A stretch of DNA of 56,803 nucleotides. Source: Firmicutes bacterium CAG:884 (lineage in GTDB: Bacteria > Bacillota_I > Bacilli_A > RF39 > UBA660). The stretch is taken from contig HF993345.1 of the NCBI GenBank assembly GCA_000433875.1, forward strand, positions 1-56,803. Reading direction: 5' to 3'. Shown here piece by piece: positions 49,947 through 56,803 of this stretch (positions within the stretch are counted from its first letter, which is position 1; the number at the start of each line of letters is the position of its first letter). The notes below the pieces were generated by a model, which was given only the letters and a program-made list of their open reading frames with translations, was not told the DNA's origin and made no database searches. Position numbers and translations under genes: made by a program.

Positions 49947-51191
49947 TTAAATATGTATACTTTCTAAAGTCTTTTTAATTTTTTCTTCTCTTTCAATTTT
50001 GATTCTCAAAGCTTCTTCTTTTTCGTGTCTTTCTCGTTCCCTTTTTGTTTTAACATAATCTGGATAATATCTATTAGCATTATCAACCCATGACTTAAAA
50101 TAATCAATAATTTGTTGCAAACTATTTAAATAACTAGGCGACATATTTGCCATAGCAACGTTATTCTCAAATCTAAATTTTTCAGGTCCAAATCCCATTA
50201 ATTCACCATAACTATTTTTTGTCATACAACCTATCCACTCATCATTTACATTTTTATCTAAATACAAAAATATTTTTCCAATTGCATCATTATATTTAAA
50301 ATCAACCAATTTAGGTGGTTCTAATATTAAAATATCATTTTCATCTTCTTCAGCATACTTTATTTCTTTTAACTTTCTTATTTCTTCTTCTTTCTCACTT
50401 GCTTTAATTAATGCTCTTATTTCATAAATTATATCATCAACGCAATTAAACCTATCACTAGGACTTTGTGAAATCATTTTATCAATAATTTTATCTAGAA
50501 ATGAATATTTTGTATCTACATTAGACACCTTTTTATATGAGTGTCCAAATGGAATTTTTTTAGTAAACATTTCATTAAAGATCAATCCTAGTGCATATAT
50601 ATCTGTTTGGGTAGTTATTACACCATTCTTTTCTCTCTGTTCTGGTGCGGCATATTGAAAATTAGCCATTTTGCTTCCGATTCTTGTTTCTATTTGAGTT
50701 ATTAATTCTTCGGTTGAAAAATGTGCAATTCCAAAATCTGTAATTATAGGAAAGTCATTACCTAACAACAAAATATTTTCTGGTTTTATATCTCTATGTA
50801 TAATTCCTTTTTTATGAAAATATTTAACACCTTCTAATAAATTTATAAATAACTGTATATTTTCCTGAAAAGTGTGGTCTTCATTAATATACATTCTTAA
50901 AGTCTTTTCATAATATGGCATAACATAAAATATTTGTTCTTTATCATCGGTTAGTCCATTGTCTATTATTTTTATTATATTAGCATTATCTGTTTTAATA
51001 CAAAAAGCCATTTCATTTTTAAATCTTTTTATTTTTTCAATAGAAATATTTTTATTTAATAACTTTAAAGCATATACATTTCCATTTGTATCTTCAACCT
51101 TATAGACTTCTGAATTACCACCATTTGCTATATGTTCAACTATTTTATATTGTTCTAAATAACTTCCATATAGTTTTGTACCCTTACGCAT
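49947..51191 (-). CDS. Eukaryotic-type Ser/Thr protein kinase with an uncharacterised C-terminal domain of about 140 aa
   Basis: Gly-loop ANGGNSEVYKV, VYALKLL (catalytic Lys), HRDIKPENILL, DFGIA and AAPE. There is no TM segment or PASTA domain. The C-terminus ends in a Lys/Glu-rich helix. Confidence 0.8.
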   Translation of the reverse strand: MRKGTKLYGSYLEQYKIVEHIANGGNSEVYKVEDTNGNVYALKLLNKNISIEKIKRFKNEMAFCIKTDNANIIKIIDNGLTDDKEQIFYVMPYYEKTLRMYINEDHTFQENIQLFINLLEGVKYFHKKGIIHRDIKPENILLLGNDFPIITDFGIAHFSTEELITQIETRIGSKMANFQYAAPEQREKNGVITTQTDIYALGLIFNEMFTKKIPFGHSYKKVSNVDTKYSFLDKIIDKMISQSPSDRFNCVDDIIYEIRALIKASEKEEEIRKLKEIKYAEEDENDILILEPPKLVDFKYNDAIGKIFLYLDKNVNDEWIGCMTKNSYGELMGFGPEKFRFENNVAMANMSPSYLNSLQQIIDYFKSWVDNANRYYPDYVKTKRERERHEKEEALRIKIEREEKIKKTLESIHI

Positions 51192-51238
51192 AATATCAAC
51201 TCCTTAAACTTTAATTAATATTATACTATATTTTCTTG

Positions 51239-52900
51239 TTAATTTTTATTTTTTTCTTTCCTACCATAAGGATTTCTAACTAAATTTCTATTTTCATACA
51301 TAAAATTAATCTCTGATATTACATCATATTTAAACATGATTTTTATGTTTCTATTTTCATCAATTACTATCTTATCTATTAAAGTATTTATTAACTCCTT
51401 TTTAGGTTTCTTTAAATCTAATAGTTCTTTTATCTTTTTAGTATAATCTGGTAGTATATTTGCTTTATTCTTTATATTTTGCTTTTTTATTTTTTCTTCT
51501 TCTATTATATTATTAATCTTTTTTAATTTAGTTTCGGATTCCGTAGATAATTCTTTATATAATTCAGCTGAAATAATATCATTACATCTATCACTATATA
51601 AAGTAGATAATTTATTCATAATTTGTTCTTTTTCTTTTAATAAATCGTTTATTTTTTTATCTGTATCTTCTGTTTCTTTATGAACATTTTTTTGTACTTC
51701 TTTATTTAATTCTTCTATATCTAGTTCTTTTATAAATTTTGATACTGAATTATTAAATCGTTCTAGTATTTGTTCTTCTAAATAATCATATGGATAAAAA
51801 TGTGAACTACATCTTCCTCTCTTTGGATCTCTAGAATATCTATTACAATTAATAGACCAATAATCAAGTTTCTTTCTATAATAAACAGATAGTCTATTGC
51901 CACACTCTTTACAAAATATTTTTCCTTCTAAAATTCTTTTGGGTCTTTCTGTTTTTAAACTATAATTTCTAGTTTTTCTTTTTCCTAAAGAATTAACATA
52001 TTTAAAAGTTTCTTTATCTACTAATGGTTCATGAGTATCTTCAACTATTACCCATAAACTTTCATCTAAAGTTATTTTCTTCTTTGATTTATAATTTACT
52101 TTTGTTTGAGTGTGCTGAACCATATCTCCAGTATAAATTCTATTACTTAAAATTTTCTTTACTGTTGATATATTCCAACTATCTCTATCAATCAATCTAG
52201 AAGAATAATTAGTTTTCTTATATCCTGCTGGTGTGGGTACATTCATATTATTTAATCTTGTTGCTATTTCTGTTGGTCCTATTCCTTCTGCTCTCCACTT
52301 GAATATTTTTTTTACAATTGGTGCAGTTTCTGGATTAGGTATTAAATGTCCTTTATCCAAAGGATCTCTTATATATCCATAACTAGGCCCACTTCCTATA
52401 AATTTACCATTTTTTCTTTTATCATTTAATACATTTCTTATCTTTATAGAATTTTGTTTACTATAATAATCATTACAAGCAATTATAAATGTTGAAGAAT
52501 CATTACTAGCTTGATTTTTAAAACTATCATATGATTCTAGTATAGATATAAATCTTATGTTATTCTCAGGAAAAAATGTTTCAATATAATATCCTGTCAT
52601 AACATGATCTCTACCAAATCTAGATAAATCTTTAACTACCACACAATTTATCTTTTTTTGTTTTATATCCTCTAACATTTTTTGAAATCCTGGTCTATCA
52701 AAATTAGTACCAGAATATCCATCGTCTACATATTCTCCACATAGATTAAAATTATTATTTTTAACATAACTTCTTAGTAATTCTTTTTGATTAATAACAC
52801 TTTCACTATCAGATTCATATTTTTTATCTTTATCTTCTTGAGATAATCTTATATAGATTCCAACATTGAAATCTATTTCAGTTAAGTAAGTATTATACAT
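51239..52900 (-). CDS. Large serine recombinase (resolvase domain + recombinase domain + Zn-ribbon + coiled coil)
   Basis: N-terminal GIYIRLSQEDKD (catalytic Ser), VVVKDLSRFGRD, Zn-ribbon CKECGNRL...CNRY...RCSSH, and a long C-terminal coiled coil. Length 553 aa. Confidence 0.9.
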   Translation of the reverse strand: MYNTYLTEIDFNVGIYIRLSQEDKDKKYESDSESVINQKELLRSYVKNNNFNLCGEYVDDGYSGTNFDRPGFQKMLEDIKQKKINCVVVKDLSRFGRDHVMTGYYIETFFPENNIRFISILESYDSFKNQASNDSSTFIIACNDYYSKQNSIKIRNVLNDKRKNGKFIGSGPSYGYIRDPLDKGHLIPNPETAPIVKKIFKWRAEGIGPTEIATRLNNMNVPTPAGYKKTNYSSRLIDRDSWNISTVKKILSNRIYTGDMVQHTQTKVNYKSKKKITLDESLWVIVEDTHEPLVDKETFKYVNSLGKRKTRNYSLKTERPKRILEGKIFCKECGNRLSVYYRKKLDYWSINCNRYSRDPKRGRCSSHFYPYDYLEEQILERFNNSVSKFIKELDIEELNKEVQKNVHKETEDTDKKINDLLKEKEQIMNKLSTLYSDRCNDIISAELYKELSTESETKLKKINNIIEEEKIKKQNIKNKANILPDYTKKIKELLDLKKPKKELINTLIDKIVIDENRNIKIMFKYDVISEINFMYENRNLVRNPYGRKEKNKN

Positions 52901-53240
52901 TCAATCCTCCAATCTTCTTACTTGACTGAGTATTAAGACAATTTAATAATACCGCATTATTAAAAAAATTACAGCGCATTATTTTCTTTTTCTATCTCTT
53001 CGATAAGATATTTTAAAATAAGATCTTTAAAAGTTATATTATTTTCATTCATAGCAACACCTACTTAAAGTTATGTTGTTTTTATTTGTTTTAGTATTAT
53101 TTAAATTCATTTTATACCCCTTTTATTCAAAAAAATTCTTATACTTAAACATAAGAATTACTTAATTTAAAGTAACTGCTAATTTAATTTTTTCAAGTAA
53201 ACAAATGCACAAAATTATGAAAGATACGAAATCTAACTAC

Positions 53241-53270
53241 CAAAAAAATAATGTCAAAAAGACATTATTT
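53241..53270 (-). terminator. Intrinsic terminator-like hairpin within the long non-coding region
   Basis: On the minus strand, AAATAATGTC-TTTTT-GACATTATTT followed by additional T residues. Confidence 0.5.
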
Positions 53271-53590
53271 ACGCGTTTCTAATTTTTAACAGAATATGGA
53301 TGACACCACAGCAAATTCATTTTCCTTCTTTTACAAGGAAAACTTTCCGTAGTAAGTGGTGCAAAACTATTTTCGCACTTTCAAAAAAGCATATATATAA
53401 GTATATGCAGTTTATATTCATTTTTTTCTTAAACCCTTAAAACAAAGAATTTAATTATATGCATTTTATTAAAAAAATTATAATTTTTAATATTTTTTCG
53501 TTTTTTTTATAAATAATTGAAAAATATTGCAAAAGATAGAAATAAAGATTAAAAAGAAGAAAATAAAAAATGGGTAGTTTTGCTTAAACT

Positions 53591-53625
53591 GAACTGAACT
53601 CCGAAAGTTGAACAGTTTATTATTA
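53591..53625 (+). repeat. Solo IS3-end-like sequence, a direct repeat of 56566-56600
   Basis: Aligned by hand, GAACTGAACTCCGAAAGTTGAACAGTTTATTATTA versus GAACTGAACCCCAAAAGTTAGACAGTTTATAAATA matches at 29 of 35 positions in the same orientation. Confidence 0.6.
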
Positions 53626-53636
53626 ATGTCAGTAGC

Positions 53637-53688
53637 GATTTTAGTTGAGTATTTTAGTTGAATTTTTAGTTGGGTTTAAATTAGTTTT
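53637..53688. repeat. Four degenerate 13-nt tandem repeats (core TTTTAGTTG)
   Basis: The units are GATTTTAGTTGAG, TATTTTAGTTGAA, TTTTTAGTTGGGT and TTAAATTAGTTTT, arranged head to tail. Confidence 0.6.
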
Positions 53689-53747
53689 GATACATTATAA
53701 ATGGTTGTTTTTCTTTAATATAAAGCAAAAATTTACAGTATTATTTG

Positions 53748-55145
53748 TTAAATAAATTCTAATAAAATTTCTTCTAAATATTTATTATTTAACCAAAAAC
53801 AATGTTTTGTATATTCTGTTGCATTTGTTACTCTATCTCTAACCGGTAATTCAAATGTATCTTTTGAATCTCTAGCATGAGGTCTAACATGACAAACTTT
53901 ACTAACTGACATCCCTGGAAAATTAGTTATTCTATTTCCATTTTTATCTATTTCTTTAACTATATTTCCAGTGAGAACACATATACGAGTTAGTTCCCAA
54001 ACATGTTTTGCTTCTAAATTGATTTCTAACTGTGGCATATTCCATAATTTTATTCCTTTAAACACATATTCCCCATTTACCATTTTAAATACAAAGAACA
54101 TATATTTAGTTGATTCCAATTCCTCTTTTAAATCAGATGTTTCCCATTCTTGTTTTAAAATATCAGTAAACTTAAACGCTGGAAATGGCATTGACTCTTT
54201 TATCTTTCCATTTTCTTCTACTCTTATAGTCCTTGGAACAATATTAGCTTTTAGAAATTCATCTGTTTCACTTAAATTTCCCTTAACACCGAACATTCTA
54301 CTTATTAACATAGCATTTAAATTTTTAGCATTAGATTCAATATTAAATTCTTCCATTAATTGTTTTTGAGTCATTCCTTTATATTTATTAATTACATTAT
54401 TAATAAACTCATTAAATGTAATATCTCTTTTTCCTATAATTTTTTCTACATTCTCATAATTACCAATATATTTTCTAACCAACTGAGTCATATATGAGGT
54501 CTTTAAACAAAATGCTCTTTGCATTGCTTTAATAGTGGAAAAGGGTTGTTCTCTTAATGATTGCGAATTTGCTCCTTTAGTGCAAGCACCTAAATACATT
54601 GTATCAGCTTCAGAAATTTCATGTGCCTTACCATCTTTAATTTTCTCTATAATAGCATTCCAATCTTCAATTACAATTTTTAAATCTTCTTCCGGAAAAG
54701 TAAATAATTTTTCATGAGTTATTTTTAAATCCTTTTTATTTATCCCCTGTTCATATAAATACCAAATAATTTGAATTTTATTATTCTTATACCAGAAATG
54801 ACTACTAAAAAAATCATTTTTGTATTCTTCCATATAATTAATAATATTTAAAACCAATCTCTCTTTAGCAGATAAAGTATTGTCTTTGTTTCTTTTATAC
54901 GGTGTAACTTTTAGCTCAATACCAGCATCTTCAAAATCGGGTGCTGACACTGAATTTGACCCATATTTATAAACATCATTTTCAAAAATATGGCCAAAGA
55001 AAGCTTTGTTAAATTTTTCAGTTTCTTCATCATATTCTTCACTTTTAACTGTTTTAACATTCATATCTTGTAATTCACCAAATGTTTTACCAATTGCTGA
55101 TTGAGCCAATATAGTTATTTCTTCTTCAGTATAATTTTTTTTCAT
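53748..55145 (-). CDS. Type II restriction endonuclease, Sau3AI/MutH family (predicted GATC)
   Basis: Blocks match my recollection of Sau3AI: APDFEDAGIELKVTP, KERLVLNIINY, GKAHEISE...CTKGANSQSLREQPFS..KAMQRAFCLK, CHVRPHARD and FWLNNKY. Confidence 0.85.
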   Translation of the reverse strand: MKKNYTEEEITILAQSAIGKTFGELQDMNVKTVKSEEYDEETEKFNKAFFGHIFENDVYKYGSNSVSAPDFEDAGIELKVTPYKRNKDNTLSAKERLVLNIINYMEEYKNDFFSSHFWYKNNKIQIIWYLYEQGINKKDLKITHEKLFTFPEEDLKIVIEDWNAIIEKIKDGKAHEISEADTMYLGACTKGANSQSLREQPFSTIKAMQRAFCLKTSYMTQLVRKYIGNYENVEKIIGKRDITFNEFINNVINKYKGMTQKQLMEEFNIESNAKNLNAMLISRMFGVKGNLSETDEFLKANIVPRTIRVEENGKIKESMPFPAFKFTDILKQEWETSDLKEELESTKYMFFVFKMVNGEYVFKGIKLWNMPQLEINLEAKHVWELTRICVLTGNIVKEIDKNGNRITNFPGMSVSKVCHVRPHARDSKDTFELPVRDRVTNATEYTKHCFWLNNKYLEEILLEFI

Positions 55146-55205
55146 AAATTCTCCTTTCGATCTTGTTTTAATTAAAAATTTATTGTAAAATATTATTAGT
55201 AAGTA

Positions 55206-55234
55206 TTGATCTTTTTAATAAATTAAGTTATACT
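55206..55234 (+). promoter_or_regulatory. Candidate promoter of the methyltransferase gene
   Basis: TTGATC (55206-55211), a 17-nt spacer and TATACT (55229-55234). The -35 box contains a GATC. Confidence 0.45.
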
Positions 55235-55318
55235 TTATATAGTAATAAAGTTAATCTTTTTACTTATTTATATTATAATATAAATAGACTTTTTAAACAA
55301 GATAAAGGAGTATTATTC

Positions 55319-56572
55319 ATGAAAAAAACAGTTGTAGAATTATTCGCCGGTGTTGGTGGATTTAGATGTGGATTAAATAAAGTTACATTAATAAATGATG
55401 AAGTTAAAGAAAATGGCAATTGGAAATTTGTGTGGGCTAACCAATGGGAACCTTCTACAAAAACTCAAGATGCCTTTAATTGTTATATTAAAAGATTTGG
55501 TTCTGAAGATGCAAGTAATATTGATATTTTTGAAGTAAATAAAAAAGAAATTCCCGACCATACTTTATTAGTTGGTGGATTTCCTTGTCAAGATTATTCT
55601 GTGGCTCAAACACTATCTAATAGTAAAGGAATTGAAGGAAAAAAAGGAGTTCTTTGGTGGGCAATTAATGATACTTTAAAAGCAAAGAAACCTCCATTTG
55701 TACTTTTAGAAAATGTTGATAGATTATTATTATCTCCTGCTAAGCAAAGAGGAAGAGACTTTGGAATAATATTAAGAAGTTTTATGGATAATGGTTATGC
55801 TGTCGAATGGAGAGTTATAAATGCTGGAGAATATGGATTACCACAAAAAAGAAGAAGAGTATTTATTTTTGCATACCATAAATCAACCAACTATTATAAA
55901 TCATTAGCTAAAGTCGATTTAAAAAATGTAATATTTGAAAAAGGTATTTTTGTAAAACAATTTCCAATAAAGAAAGAAGAATTAGATTACAGTATCACCG
56001 ATTTAACAAAAAATAGTTATAAAACATTAGTTGAAGTAAGCGATAACTTTAAAGCACAGTTTTATAATTCTGGAGTTATGTTAAATGGTAAAGTTTATTC
56101 ATCCAAAGTGGAAAAAGATTGTAATGAAATCTACCCACTAAAAAATATTATTCAAAAAGATAAAGTTGAAGATAAATTTTTCTTAAGCAAAGAAACTTTA
56201 GAAAAATTTCAATATTTAAAGGGAACAAAAAGAATTCCTAGAATAAAACCAAACGGTGAACCATATATGTACACAGAAGGCGCTATGCCATGTCCTGACA
56301 ATTTAGATGCGCCTGCTAGAACTATGCTAACAAGTGAAGGTGGAGTTAGCAGAACAACACACATTGTTGAAGATTACTTAACTAAAAAAATAAGATTACT
56401 AACACCTGTAGAATGTGAAAGAATTAATGGATTTCCAGACAATTGGACTAATACTGGCATGACTGATAAAAGAAGAAATTTTATGATGGGAAATGCCCTT
56501 GTAGTTGGTATTATTGAACGATTAGGGCAAGAAATAGAAAATATCATAGAAAAAGAGGAAATAATGAACTGA
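55319..56572 (+). CDS. DNA (cytosine-5) methyltransferase, M.Sau3AI-like
   Basis: Motif I ELFAGVGGF, motif IV GGFPCQDYS, motif VI ENV, motif VIII QKRRRVFI and motif X GNA. The TGA stop (56570-56572) coincides with the first bases of the IS3-type terminal repeat. Confidence 0.9.
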   Translation: MKKTVVELFAGVGGFRCGLNKVTLINDEVKENGNWKFVWANQWEPSTKTQDAFNCYIKRFGSEDASNIDIFEVNKKEIPDHTLLVGGFPCQDYSVAQTLSNSKGIEGKKGVLWWAINDTLKAKKPPFVLLENVDRLLLSPAKQRGRDFGIILRSFMDNGYAVEWRVINAGEYGLPQKRRRVFIFAYHKSTNYYKSLAKVDLKNVIFEKGIFVKQFPIKKEELDYSITDLTKNSYKTLVEVSDNFKAQFYNSGVMLNGKVYSSKVEKDCNEIYPLKNIIQKDKVEDKFFLSKETLEKFQYLKGTKRIPRIKPNGEPYMYTEGAMPCPDNLDAPARTMLTSEGGVSRTTHIVEDYLTKKIRLLTPVECERINGFPDNWTNTGMTDKRRNFMMGNALVVGIIERLGQEIENIIEKEEIMN

Positions 56573-56803
56573 ACCCCAAAAGTTAGACAGTTTATAAATA
56601 GTTTCTAATTAGAGGATTGTAATCTGTAATTTACAGGAGACAGTCCTTTTAATTTCACTTTAATTCTATCATAATTATAATAATTAATATAGTCATCTAT
56701 AGCTATAATTAATTCATCTAGTGTTTTATATTTATCTTCTTGGTCGTAGAACATTTCAGTTTTAAGTAGTCCAAAAAAGTTTTCCATCATTCCATTATCC
56801 ATA
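56570..56803 (-). mobile_element. Partial IS3-family insertion sequence (one end only; continues beyond the window)
   Basis: The terminal sequence TGAACCCCAAAAGTTAGACAGTTT begins with the TG typical of IS3-family inverted repeats. It is followed 35 nt later by the 3' end of an rve-type transposase ORF. Confidence 0.7.
56605..56802 (-). CDS. IS3-family transposase (OrfB), C-terminal fragment truncated by the window edge
   Basis: DNGMMENFFGLLKTEMFY...YNYDRIKVKLKGLSPVNYR is the conserved end of the DDE/rve integrase core. The ORF is open at the window boundary. Confidence 0.85.
   Translation of the reverse strand: MDNGMMENFFGLLKTEMFYDQEDKYKTLDELIIAIDDYINYYNYDRIKVKLKGLSPVNYRLQSSN

Larger units (their letters stand above)
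49934..56803. mobile_element. Integrated element inserted in the amidase gene (left junction about 49934-49946; right end not in the window)
   Basis: The amidase reading frame ends abruptly at 49933/49934. The DNA beyond that point carries the kinase, the serine recombinase, a long non-coding region, the R-M pair and IS3 sequences. Confidence 0.55.

Noticed and set aside
53205-53350. Small plus-strand ORFs were seen in the long non-coding region: a 25-codon MHKIMKDTKSNYQKNNVKKTLFTRF and an 18-codon MDDTTANSFSFFYKENFP.
   Set aside because: There is no SD-like sequence upstream of either ATG, and the first one runs through the terminator hairpin. I consider them chance ORFs.
55146-55318. I looked for a controller (C) protein gene or C-box in the R-M divergent intergenic region.
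   Set aside because: No small HTH-encoding ORF is present between or beside the R and M genes, and I could find no palindromic C-box-like operator.
1-56803. I considered an alternative genetic code. The options were TGA=Trp as in Mollicutes (given the very low G+C and the missing L30), or TAA reassignment (given the two in-frame TAA codons).
   Set aside because: Conserved genes close correctly at TGA, for example the LysM gene at 48857 and the methyltransferase at 56570. Most genes here end in TAA at positions matching their conserved C-termini. All ribosomal proteins have normal lengths under code 11. The two internal TAA codons are better explained as nonsense mutations or errors in accessory genes.

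Overview
This is an AT-rich (about 70% A+T by eye) Bacillota chromosome segment from a spore-former, shown by CotJB/CotJC, CotZ/CotY-like and YutH-like coat genes. It reads cleanly under genetic code 11.

Core content:
- A complete S10-spc-alpha ribosomal superoperon lies on the minus strand, running rpsJ to rplQ at about 8.0-21.9 kb. It includes secY, adk, map, infA, rpmJ and rpoA but has no rpmD.
- It has a consensus sigma-A promoter with a roughly 125-nt leader, and an intrinsic terminator.
- Housekeeping genes elsewhere include typA, ddl, prs, pncC/cinA-like, an rsmF-like gene, a Ca-type P-type ATPase, TspO, DUF368, a GGDEF cyclase and a short Rel/SpoT homologue.

Accessory content:
1. An IS110-family element sits just downstream of rplQ. 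Its upstream non-coding end looks like a bridge-RNA locus. Next to it is a cassette of uncharacterised genes, one of which is an HExxH gene carrying an in-frame TAA.
2. A roughly 1074-codon DUF285/BspA-type LRR surface protein has a TasA-like N-terminus and is broken by a single in-frame TAA.
3. A sortase B / CotZ-like / W-Y-repeat protein cluster contains a T14 tract.
4. The most interesting region, in my view, starts at about 49.93 kb.
   - A LysM amidase gene is cut off at its 5' end exactly where an inserted element begins.
   - The element carries a eukaryotic-type Ser/Thr kinase with an unknown C-terminal domain, a large serine recombinase and an 850-bp non-coding region with coupled micro-ORFs.
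   - It also carries a Sau3AI-family R-M pair bracketed by IS3-end-like direct repeats, and a partial IS3 copy at the window edge.
   - The right boundary of this element is not in the window.

All calls come from reading the supplied translations and sequence by eye. No database search was run.
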